A stretch of 23,833 bases of DNA from Narcine bancroftii (taxonomy: Eukaryota): assembly GCF_036971445.1 (NCBI RefSeq). It is one part of the record NC_091470.1 of this genome. One strand, given 5' to 3'. The position numbers were made by a program, and so were the translations under genes. Below, one piece after another: positions 1 to 9,726 of this stretch; position 1 is the first letter of the stretch; every line of letters starts with the position of its first letter. The notes under the pieces are model-generated. The model saw nothing but the letters and a program-made list of their open reading frames with translations. It did no database searches and was not told the origin of the DNA.

Positions 1-500
1 TCAGTCAATTGAGCCAGTTTATTTTCATTTGTACATTCCACTATTCTTGCTGCCTGGGGTTAATAGGAGTTGTGGAACCACTGTAATCCCCAATTTCTTT
101 ATCCAATTCAACCCAGTTTCTGTTGACAACTTAGTCAATTTATTCTTTATGGACCCAGGCAAATGAAGAATAACAATACTTATAGTTACATATCAATTCT
201 ATAAAATCAATCCATATACACTCAAATGGGAGGCATTCAATTTCTTTACCAGGATTATTTTGTAGGCAGATAATACATTCCTTCCTTTGGAAGGTCCTAC
301 TTTCTTAGATTAGTGATGTGCCCCTCCTATGCCACTTATCCTTAGTTAATCTACACTATTGTGTGTGTATGTGTATAAAATTAATTAGTTCAAGTAAAAG
401 AAATTGCATTTGGTACAGAAATTTGATTCTGGCACACCCCTACTGTTTACAGAGTTTAATGAAATGGTAGGAGCATCCTCCTGAACTTATGCCTCATCCC
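1..500 (-). pseudogene. pol: Retroviral integrase remnant (zinc-binding and core fragments, frameshifted and rearranged)
   Basis: Manual minus-strand translation gives CIICLQNNPGK (277-245, CxxC of HHCC), LPFECIWIDFIEL (232-194, first catalytic D), IKNKLTKLSTETGLNWIK (about 150-97) and WFHNSY*PQAARIVECTNENKLAQLT (80-3, catalytic E region). These resemble class I retroviral integrase motifs. Confidence 0.85.
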
Positions 501-599
501 CATATCAGGCAAGACAATTCTATACAAGCAGTCAATCACTTTCAGAATAAATGATGAAGGGACCTTCTATAACCACAGCTTAATTTTACATCAGAAATG

Positions 600-1519
600 A
601 CCTTTATCGTAACTAGTGAGATGCAGGTCTGGTCACTGTGGCTGTTGGGGTACATATGGGGGGGTGACTTTGCCCTCAAGGAATCTTTTGTTTCCTCCTT
701 CTCATCATTCTACAGGAATAGGGTCGCCCTGCCTGACATCGGGTCCCTGTGGTTTTATTCGTTCACCTTCTGTTTGTTAACCATTTGGCACCTGAAGGAA
801 CGGGTTACCATTCTAATCATAATTATCATATCTTTAATCTGAAATGCTCAATCAGTTTCACATTCTGTAGTTGGTGCTGGTCTGTTTCTTATTTAAATTT
901 ATTTTTTATTTCACATCTTAAGTGGAGAAAAGTTTAATTTCAGCCTTAATTTCCCTCCCTGCCTGTGCAGGGCGGGAGCTGGCAATCATGATCAACTTTG
1001 ATGTGCCAGACATGTAATTGAGATCCCCAAAGTTTCCTCCCCGTGTCATATCCTGACGTCAAATAAAGTTAAGTTCAAATATGCTCCATTTTATTCCACC
1101 ATTACTGTTTTTTCACTCCCTTGTGGTCCTGTGCAACATGTCAGCCATTACAAGCAATAACCAATCTATATTATCCTGCAAGGCATTATAGTCGATAACC
1201 AAACTATATTACTGATCACTCCGACACTCTGTGGCTCCCATCATCTCTCCAGCTCTTCTTTTTTCCCCCCACATTAGCTGTTTTGCCACAGCTGAATTAC
1301 TATTATAAATTCTTTCTCCTGCTTCGTGTAATTGGAGAATGGATGGGACCGATCCCTTTTCTGTTCAATTCCTACCTTTTTCGGAGTTGTGCAACTCACT
1401 GTCTAATTTAAATGTCTACCATACTTCAGATATAAATAACATATTGGCTGTTCCATGGTCCCCACATCACTCATTTCTGACATTTTACCCATAGGTGTGT
1501 TTACTCCTGATTGTCCCAT
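600..1519 (-). pseudogene. gag: gag 5' remnant (matrix region and degenerate late-domain-like motif)
   Basis: ATG at 1519 gives MGQSGVNTPMGKMSEMSDVGTMEQPICYLYLKYGRHLN*, a myristoylation-type MGQ start. EGKVTPPYVP near 650-675 is one C short, in a C run, of SPPPY. Position between leader and integrase fits gag. Confidence 0.55.
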
Positions 1520-1792
1520 GTTGTCCTTTTGTTCCTCTACGCCCACTTCAGGGTCCTGACCTTTGTGTGGGGGGGGGGGGAATTTCCCCTCTGAACAAGC
1601 AGTCTAACGCAGGGCGTCAGAACTAAGATAACATGTTATGTTGGACAGTACTTTTTATCCCCTCACCAGGCAAATCTTCAAGGCCTTATACTCTGTGTGC
1701 TCGGGATGCAACACTTAGTTCATCTGGAGTGTGCTAGCTATCGGGAGGGAGGGATCAATTGATCCAACACCATAAGAGAAGAACCAGGAAAA

Positions 1793-2496
1793 TGTCCCGT
1801 GGGCCCGTTCTTTAGTCTTCAGATGCTAGTTCAGCTGTTTACTGACACCATCCACTAAGTGCTGTTGAGGTACAAAGCACACGTTTATTTTGGGGATGCA
1901 AACAAGACAACAGGGTCAATATCCTAGGCAAACCTCTAAACACACAATACGCAAGGGATAAATATACACTTTGCACAATGAGGGAGGAACTGACAGAGAC
2001 TGGGGGAAATTGCATGAAAATATACATTCAACAGACAGGATCCACCCCTTGACCGGTACGGACTCTGCTCTTGCCACCTGACCTCCCTCAAGACTCACCC
2101 CAACCCAGTGTGAAAGGTGTTACTTACTGACATAAGGAGTTCAAAGAGGCAGAATAAAGGGACACATGGTCATTTATAGTTCTGCAGACTGTACTGGGGG
2201 GAAAATCACTCAGAGGAGGCTGGGCTCTGTTGGCTGCTGTGGCCAATGGCTCAAAGCCAAGTGCAGGAGCTCAGCAGGGGTCAGCTGAGGTGATTCACTT
2301 GGGCCAATTGGGTGAAGGTCAGGGCAGAGTCTGGGCAGGCTGCCTGGAGTGCAGCACCTGGTGATTTATGTGGGCCAATCGCAAGGGTCACCTTGATGGC
2401 TTGGGGCGAGTCTTTGACCTTGATTGGCCAGCAGTGTGTCCTCTGAACAGTAGCGCAGCAGCGTCACCAGGTGGTGGACACTGCCTGACCATTACA
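1793..2496 (-). mobile_element. Probable solo LTR nested in the ERV leader
   Basis: TG...CA ends (minus strand TGTAATGG...GGGACA), several CCAAT/ATTGG boxes at about 2240-2430, minus-strand TATAAA at 2178-2173 and AATAAA at 1889-1884 in U3-R order, and a GC shift from the flanks. No clean target-site duplication. Confidence 0.55.
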
Positions 2497-3200
2497 GTAA
2501 GCATTCCTCAATCTTGGACTCCTGGCTGCTTAGCCAAATGTATTGAAACTGCAACTTCCCGATTCAAAGAACACAACACACAGAACTGGTCCAGTTAACT
2601 CTATTGGTCACCAAGTTAACCTGAGAGAACCCTTATTGCTTTCAGCCTTGAAAGCAGTCTCTGGCAGTCTCCAACAAATGGATCCATCAAGTTTTATACA
2701 CTCAAGAAAACAAGATGAACTAAAAGATAACATCATTATTCTATATACAAGGTCAATCACAGCCTTTGTTGCCCCTTCCCCTATATCCCGGTTTCAAAGT
2801 TGAATACTAAGTACATGGAGTTACATTTACTCCACATAATGTAGGTTTTTTTTCCTGATTCTCCTCCTGTTCATGATTTGATTTATTTTATTTTATTTTT
2901 TCTTTCTTTCATTATCCTCACTGCCTGACATGCTTTCCCCAATCTCTCTCCTGTCCTGTAAAGCTTCAGTATCTCCACCTCCAATCGTTTTTAGATACTG
3001 GGAACTTTTTACTTAATGTATCAACTGCAGTTGTTTTATTTATTGCACTGTTTTGTTCAGCAACTTCATGAATTAGTTCAGTCCTGGTCTTTGTTTCTGT
3101 CCTGTCCACTGTTGTAATCACTATTCTATATTATGCTACTTCTACTTTTTCCATTAACACTTAGTGGTTTTATATTATCCAATTGGTCCCAATTTTATCT

Positions 3201-3209
3201 AACTTACCT
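3201..3209 (-). promoter_or_regulatory. Consensus splice donor CAG|GTAAGT in the ERV leader (a second, GG|GTAAGT, at 3587-3580)
   Basis: Plus-strand aacttacctg at 3201-3210 and acttaccc at 3580-3587, where retroviral major splice donors are expected. Confidence 0.55.
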
Positions 3210-3212
3210 GTT

Positions 3213-3360
3213 CTGCCCGTGTAGACCCCTAATCACTTAGGGCGGTATCCACAGAACATCTCCTGCCCATGCAGACCCCTACTCACTAAGGGCAGTATCC
3301 ACAGAACATCTCCTGCCCATGCAGACCTCTACTCACTTAGGGCGGTCTCCAAGAGGACAT
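3213..3360. repeat. Tandem repeat, 3 x 50 bp, in the ERV leader
   Basis: Unit of about ctgcccatgcagacccctactcactaagggcagtatccacagaacatctc starting at 3213, 3263 and 3313. Confidence 0.95.
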
Positions 3361-3690
3361 ACCATCACTACATGGAATTTTTCTTCAATCACACTTCCCC
3401 CTATTATAACTCACGCCACTGCACAGTTTTCCTGACCAATTCTCCGAGCCTCCTTTCTGGTTAATTTGTCAGCAGATTCTTTGGATCGGAGAGACACTCT
3501 GACTGTCGTTTGGCACTTCTGTATCCCTGGGAGACCTCCCGTTCCCAACAGATTTTAGTCCAAATTTAAAGCGAAAGCCACTTACCCTTTTTTCGTGTAG
3601 CCACCCTTTATCAGTTGGTTCCGATAGGATCTCCGAGGGGTTGGGAGGCACTCTTGACCAGCCATCTCCTTTCTGAGGAGTCTCTTTCCG

Positions 3691-3708
3691 ATCCTGCTCA
3701 CAGCACCA
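3691..3708 (-). promoter_or_regulatory. Primer binding site, tRNA-His-like
   Basis: Minus strand TGGTGCTGTGAGCAGGAT, 5 nt after the LTR end (...ACAACA). It matches 14/18 to the complement of the vertebrate tRNA-His 3' end as I recall it (TGGTGCCGTGACTCGGAT). Confidence 0.7.
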
Positions 3709-3713
3709 AATTC

Positions 3714-4175
3714 TGTTGTGGTTTTTCGATGTCTAAAAATGAGTCAGGAAACGCGTTGAATTCTTCAGAAAAGTTTAAGCCTTTATTTGCAAGCAGAAGC
3801 TGAGACAAATCAAAGCCTGGACTCTGAAATGCCTGTTGCTATGAGACACTGCCCTTTTTTTAATACTATAGTCTTGACTTAATCGCATTTCTGCACCCAA
3901 TCATTCGTAACCTCGTATCTTAACAGGACATCATCCCTTGGCTTGCTACAATTATTTTCATTATTCTCCACCCATTAATCTAATTATGTTTAGAACCACG
4001 CGCTTCATCATCTCCGGCCACCTGCTGTCTTCTATTCATTACTGTGGCCTTGTGTAGTAAATGCATACTGATTACTTTTGTAACATAGTGTGTGTAATTG
4101 TTACCTAGTAATGGATGACAGTTCATGTGGTTTGTTTTCCATACCTTTTGCTCCTTATGCAATTGTCATCTTACA
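3714..4175 (-). mobile_element. 5' LTR of the ERV (about 462 bp)
   Basis: Minus strand begins TGTAAGATGAC at 4175, has AATAAA at 3787-3782, and ends ACAACA at 3714 just before the PBS. The outer boundary is inferred from the TG start only. Confidence 0.7.
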
Positions 4176-4599
4176 ATCTTCAACTCTAATTATGATAAAC
4201 CTCACAACCAGAATAATTGGAGCACCCAGTCAGAAATCTTAACCTGATTCTTGTGATCTCTTCAGCTCTTAGATTTTCCTTTGTGTCGGAAGGTGCAGGT
4301 TGTGCTTTAAATAACTGAAGTATCGTGTTCTCCTCCAGTGAATCTTGGACTTCATATTGTGACCATCATTAACTTTACTGCCGAGTACTTGTAAAGTGCA
4401 GATTGCTTCAATCTGTCCTTGATCTGCCCTTGGAATTCATCGGTTCTGTCCTTCCTAAATTTGATTCTTCACCTGAAACAATCAGGAAAGGAAGCATTTC
4501 ACTTTAATCACTTTTTTTTAAACTTCACACATCACTATCCCCAGTGAAAGACAGTAGATGATCCTTAGAGATTCACTGTCCCATCCGGCCAATGTTATC

Positions 4600-5035
4600 A
4601 TACAACATCAAAACATTCCTTCAGTCCACTCTGTCTATGCTGAGCACCAAGTATCCATCTAATCTATACCAATTTTACCAGCAATTAGTCTGCAGACAAT
4701 GGTGCCTTGGCAATTCCAGAGCTTATCTAGATACTTAAATGTTGTGAGAATCTCTGCCTCAGCCATTCTCTTAAGTCTTATCAAGCTCTGGGTGCTTTCA
4801 GTGTGAAAATATTCTTTCCTTGTATCCCCTTTAAATATCATACCACTGGCCTTGAATTTGTTGCTTCGTGTTACACACACTTCACCCATTGGAGAAAGAT
4901 GAAAACCTCCATAATGTTGGAAAATCCATCTTATTTATGCCATTTGCAATTCCATACACATCTATCAGGTTCCCTCGTTAGGCTTCTCCACTCCAAGGAA
5001 AACAAACCCAATCTATCCTGTCTCTCATACGGAGA
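4600..5035 (-). mobile_element. CR1-clade LINE 3' fragment (ORF2 C-terminus and tail)
   Basis: YERQDRLGLFSLEWRS (5029-4982) and ORF 4659-4889 (TRSNKFKASG..FKGDTRKEYF..EAEILTTFKYLD) resemble the CR1 ORF2 end (RLGLFSLERRRLRGD...TRGH...VVEA..L..FK..LD). Confidence 0.85.
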
Positions 5036-5437
5036 CACTCGATCACAGACCACACATTGCTTCTCGCATCCTCAATATTGCACCACATTTGTCAGCTTCC
5101 ATTGACACGCTTTTTGGTAGATTTGGGTTGAACTTGGATCCCATTAAATGGGTATTCTTGCCTGGAGATGGGGGTTCTTGTGACATTTTTCCATGGGTGA
5201 AATCAATATGGATTTCTTCCATTTTGGAATCCCATTGGCAATGAAAAAAATGACATTTCTAAAGATTTAGTTCCTAACTTGGCTAAACTATTGAAACCAT
5301 GTAAAGACCCAGTAGTGGTAATCTTAACAATATGACATAATTGATGAAATTAAAAAGATGAAAAAAGTGAACGTCAACGGACTCTCACTTTACCATGATG
5401 CTCGTCTGGTCCAGAGTAAGAGTCCAATCTCTTGAAA

Positions 5438-5640
5438 GGCAACCGTCAGCCCAGTGGTTAGCTCAATGCTGTTACAGCACCAGCGATCAGGATCAGGGTT
5501 TGAATCCAGCGTTCTTTGCATGTTCTCTGTGTGGGTTTTCCCCGGGGCCTCCCACCGTTCAAAGCATACTGGGGATTGTAGGTCATTTGGGTGTAGTTGG
5601 GCAGCATGGGCTCATGGGCCGAAAGGGCCTGTTACTATGC
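5438..5640 (+). mobile_element. tRNA-derived SINE (HE1/V-SINE-like)
   Basis: A-box-like agcccagtgg (5448-5457), B box ggtttgaatcc (5497-5507), core tttgcatgttctc..gtgggttttc, and LINE-like tail atgggccgaaagggcctgtt. Confidence 0.85.
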
Positions 5641-6244
5641 GACGTGCAAATCATAGCTGCACTATTCCACGTGTTTAAACAGCATTAGAAGGACACAAGC
5701 AATCAACATGTGTTGCTGTGTGAAAATACATTTTTGTGCCCTCCACCAGTGACCTCTCCAGAGACCTAATGTCTGAACAAACCTCACCTCTAGTCCTTCA
5801 GTAAGGCAACTTCTTCACCTGTTCCTCAGCTTCCTATCTAACAACCCCCATCAACCAGACTGAGTCCAGGGCAACGATCCTGTTCTTTTAAAATGAAACT
5901 GGGTTGGAGGATGAGAAAATAGGAACTGAAACTTCATAACTATTTGTTTATCTTTTGTGATTTCTATCCACCTGTATGCTTCACCCTATATCAATTTAAT
6001 TTTTTTTTTCAGTTACACAGTATCTAAAACAGAAATGTGACCCAAAAATGTGAAAAAAAAACTGCAGATCTTTTGTGGTCCTAATAAAGTTAGAAGAAAA
6101 TTCAAAAATATGGATCACTTTGTTTAAATAAATCCGCCATTTTATTGGCAGTACGCGTTAAAAACAAAATATTGTAAAATATATTAAAATTGCTGACAAA
6201 ACTTCTCCACTCACTGCATATGTTGCAGTTCCATCTGTTACTGT

Positions 6245-6430
6245 GTTGTCAGCATTCTCACTGCTGAGTCAGAAGTTTGTGAATTTGCATCTCACACCAG
6301 AGACCTTCACACCACATCAGCTATTACATTAAACAGTGGTGTTAGAGATGCTGCTTTTCAGTGAGTCCCTCAGTTGCATGTAAAGGATCCCATCTACTAT
6401 TTCAAATATGAGAGAGCTACATGTCATTCT
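6245..6430 (+). mobile_element. Old Deu-domain SINE (SacSINE1/AmnSINE1-like), degraded
   Basis: ctgagtcagaag.ttgtg..ccagagac head and gtaaaggatcccat..actatttc core resemble the remembered DeuSINE consensus. Confidence 0.6.
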
Positions 6431-6802
6431 TCTTTCCTTAAACTATATTGCCAAAATAGATGATTGACACAATGCTCTGAGTCAGATCAGTACTGATAAA
6501 CACAATGGTCACATTTCCAATGCAAAAGAAATTGCAATTTAAGAAAAGCCTCTCATCTGCTACAAGGTGCTTTAGGAAATGCTGAGATCTTGAATCTTTG
6601 ATCAAAATGTATGTTGTTCTTGTTGCAGGATTTGTGAACAAATAATTCGGTAATGCTGGAGTACATTTCCAGGATAGGGTGATGATAGGCAATGTATGGT
6701 TTGAAAATTGTAATTGGGGATCTAACCAATGCTGAGAGACATTGGAATGAGTTATTGCCTTTCCGTTCTTCACAAAAAGTGATAGATCTTTTCCCTGCAT
6801 GT

Positions 6803-6995
6803 CAAAGTTCAAGTTTATTATCAGAGAACATACACGACATCACATACAACCCTAAGATTCTTTTTCCTGCGGGCCAGGCAGAATTTCTAATTACTGGTAA
6901 CTGTAAACTGCACTCAAAGAAAGTAAGAAATGTAAACAAAAATGAAATATAAACAATCTGTGCAAATACAGAGGTATAAACATTCAGTAATGATA
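6803..6995 (-). mobile_element. Rex1/Babar-type LINE 3' tail
   Basis: Clearly homologous to 15430-15590 (ttatcagag.acataca.gacat...aaccctaagattctttt), which continues into Rex1-like coding sequence. Confidence 0.75.
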
Positions 6996-7146
6996 TCTGT
7001 ACAAAATGAAGGCAGGAAGATGTAGGGTGGCCATTCCAAAGGAGGACTTTGTCATAGGTTACTATATATATATATATTTAAATTAAACAGTATTGCAAAA
7101 ACAATTAATGTCAACACACGCACATCTATATGTGTGTATGTGTATA

Positions 7147-7480
7147 CAGTAAAACGCTGATGATCCAAAATTGGATTCTCCAAAATCCTCATTTATCCAA
7201 AATTTTTTTTGGAGCCGAACTGACTGGGGACCTCAGGCTCCCAGCGGTGGCAGCAGTGGACCTCTGGCTCCCAGCAACAGTAGGGACCGCAAGCTCCCAG
7301 GCAGGAGCAGGACTCTCAGGCTCCCAGAATGAACAGGGCTTCGGTGGGGAAGTGTCAGTGGGCAGCTTTTTTTTTTGAGATAAAAACATAATTTTAATGC
7401 TTAAAAATCCTTACCATGCTTGAACACGGTTACAAGTGATTTGCTGTTGCTACTGGGCTGTTTTTTTTTTAAAAATGACA
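7147..7480 (+). mobile_element. Non-autonomous Tc1/mariner-pogo (Tigger-like) element, left part
   Basis: TA followed by CAGTAAAAC..ATCC, four internal gctcccag repeats, and a 32 bp block (7429-7460) identical to 18013-18044. Confidence 0.6.
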
Positions 7481-7509
7481 TGTGTGTGCATGCATACGTT
7501 ACACAGTCA

Positions 7510-7635
7510 CCCTGTGGGTGTCTGCAATGCATTACCAAGGGTAGTGGTGGAGGCTGGAACATTAGGGCCAATTAAAAGACTCTTAGGCACATTATTGAAA
7601 GAAATGGAGGGTTATGAGGGAGGGAAGGTTTAGTT
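7510..7635 (+). mobile_element. CR1 LINE 3' fragment
   Basis: Translates VGVCNALPRVVVEAGTLGPIKRLLG, matching the CR1 ORF2 end (VV..WNALP..VVEAGT...FKR.LD). Confidence 0.8.
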
Positions 7636-7991
7636 TTTTTTTAAATAGTTTGTCACAATGCACTCTCTGTAATGTGGTATGTTTCATAAAGAATGAGCCA
7701 AGTAAGAGTATCTATTATGGCTGCATGCCAAGTGTTGACACATTCTTTGCATCATTACTTCTGTCACCTTATGACTTCAGTTTGCATTCTTCTGGCCTTC
7801 TTCCTTCAAGATACACATATTACATGTTATGGATAGGAGGGTTGCAACAAACCTTCCACTCCTATGCCATGCTTGCGTGATTGCATTGACTCAATCAATG
7901 GACTTTAAAAGGGTCATTTTTCCCACTCTCCATGTGTGGTCTAAGGTGCCCATCTGCTTTATCACCATAAAACTACAAGTTGCTCCAAGTT

Positions 7992-8340
7992 AAACAAGTC
8001 TGAAGATGCTGTGGCTGTAGTTCAATACACAAAACTGCTGTGCTCTTTATGCAGCGAGGATATGTAACCAATGTTTTAGGCCTGAGCTCTTCATCAGAGC
8101 CTGATCAAAAAGCAGGCAGGTGCCCAAATAAAATGGTGGGGAAGGGACAGGTGAAGGAGTGCAAGATTTTATTTGGAGGCCTACCAACATTTTCCCAAAC
8201 TTGGATGAAGGGCTCAAGCCCGAAATGTTGGTCATGTATTTTTTTTTTAAATTTGCTATACAAAATACACTGTTTGACCTGCTGAGTTTCTCCAGCATTG
8301 TTTTTCACTTCAACCACCATGTCTGCAGACTTTCGTGTTT
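7992..8340. mobile_element. Penelope-like terminal repeats as a head-to-head inverted pair, each with a decayed minimal hammerhead motif
   Basis: Minus copy 8097-7992 (CTGATGA-AGAGCTCAGGCCT-AAAAC) and plus copy 8202-8340 (TGGATGA-A-GGGC-TCAA-GCCC-GAAA-T-GTTG-GTC...gacctgctgagtttctccagca). Confidence 0.75.
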
Positions 8341-8349
8341 TATTTCTGC

Positions 8350-8757
8350 CTAGTCGAGGACATAGGTGGATATTGATGGAAATGCAGAAGGGAAAAAAAA
8401 GCTGGGTAGTGATGGGGGACAGAATAGATCTCTGAACAGCGAGGGAAGGTGGAGCAAAGCTGAGAGAGAGAGACAGAAGAAATTGGAGAAGTTAACGTTA
8501 CTGGCATCTGATTGGAGAGTGCCTCAACAGACTATTAATTGATTCCTCCAATTTGCGGGTGGCTTCAGTTTGCCAATGTATTTGGGGCCATGGGCTGACA
8601 TGTCAGAATGGGAGTGGGGTACAGATTTGAAATGTTTTGCCGCAGGGAGGTCCCATCTATTGCAGAGGCCAAAGTGAAGATGGTCAACAAAGCACTCTCC
8701 CATTCTGCATCCAGTCTCCCCAGTTTAGAGGAGACCACAACGGAAGCACTGATGCTC
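8350..8757 (-). mobile_element. Penelope-like element remnant: GIY-YIG endonuclease C-terminal half and 3' region
   Basis: Minus translation CFRCGLL*TGETGCRMGECFVDHLH...DLPAAKHFKSVPHSHSDMSAHG matches the Penelope/Neptune pattern CxxC-LYIGET-RR-DRF-EH...VA-HFN. Confidence 0.9.
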
Positions 8758-8884
8758 CAAGCCTCTTTCTCCTCTGACCTGCTTCTCCCACTGAGTCATT
8801 CTTTTTATTTTAAATTCAGTCACAAAGGGTCAAACCCTTCAGAATTTTCTGCCCAGTAATTTGATGCTTAGCTGTTCCATCAAG

Positions 8885-8938
8885 TTGTCTGGAAGGAAAA
8901 ATAAAAAATTTAAAAATAAAAAAAAATTGTCTGGAAGG
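8885..8938 (+). repeat. 30 bp A-rich insert flanked by a perfect 12 bp direct repeat
   Basis: ttgtctggaagg at 8885-8896 and 8927-8938, around aaaaataaaaaatttaaaaataaaaaaaaa. Confidence 0.85.
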
Positions 8939-9726
8939 CTATAAAAGGAAAAGGTCCACAGGTTGGGGGTTAATTGGGGTTTTTGTGGAGCACTGGTTCT
9001 CGTGCCTCTAAAACGTGGATGAGACAGTCAATTGAAACTTGTGAGCATCCTGTTAGAGTAATGCCTCGCTCTTCAATGCAGTGAAGTCTGGGAAATCCAA
9101 TGCTGGAACTGGATGACAAGGCAGCCAAGATTTATTTACACAAGAGAGTGTGTTTCATAGGTGGTTTCTGAAACTGCAATTAATGTTAGCATCATGTTTA
9201 AAAAAACCAAGTGCAAAATATCCATCAGGGGTACCTCTTAAAATATCATTACTGTTGAAGTTAGCAGCTATTAGGTCTGCTTTGCATTTGTATGCTCATG
9301 AAAGCTGGAAGGTTTAGCTACAAGCACACCAGCATAAGAAATATATTTTAAAGGACTGGAGGAAAACCAGCTTATTATAACCCGAATTCGTGCCCCAAGC
9401 ATGGCAATCGTCTTGAGCAGATTAAATAAAACTGGAAGTATGCCATGGCTAATGTGAAAATTTATAATCACATTGACATGTCTGAGATATAACATGCCCA
9501 AAACAGATTGGATGTATAAAGTTATAAAAAGGTCTAAATCCTTTGAGGATGTTGTGATCTGCCATTTGATTTGATTTTTATCTTTTTGGAAGCTTCCTAA
9601 CATTCACATTGCTTTGTTTTGATAAGTACCTTTTCCATGTTAGTTCAAAGATCAAAGGTTAAACTCTATGTGCACCAAGTATTCATGAGAAGAGGAACCA
9701 ATCATCTGGGGAAAAAAAATCAGCAC

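Larger units (their letters stand above)
1..4175 (-). mobile_element. Degenerate, internally deleted class I (gamma/epsilon-like) endogenous retrovirus; runs off the left edge of the window
   Basis: Minus-strand order is LTR (4175-3714), PBS (3708-3691), splice donors (about 3586 and 3206), long leader, gag start MGQSG at 1519, then integrase motifs CIICLQNNPGK and LPFECIWIDFIEL (277-194). No recognisable CA, PR or RT lies between gag and integrase. Confidence 0.85.

Noticed and set aside
3213-3360. CRISPR-like or telomeric array (contains CCCTAA/TTAGGG)
   Set aside because: The units are contiguous with no unique spacers, there are no cas genes, and the context is vertebrate. The hexamers are the two arms of one hairpin, not tandem telomere repeats.
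5100-5270. Possible L1/Tx1 fragment (similar impression at 11830-12060)
   Set aside because: No diagnostic motif could be translated with confidence.
5438-5520. tRNA gene (also at 11633 and 17308)
   Set aside because: A and B boxes run into SINE core and LINE-like tail; there is no complete cloverleaf.
9161-9185. Possible microexon after tgtgtttcatag
   Set aside because: The only nearby donor (AAT|GTTAGC) is poor.
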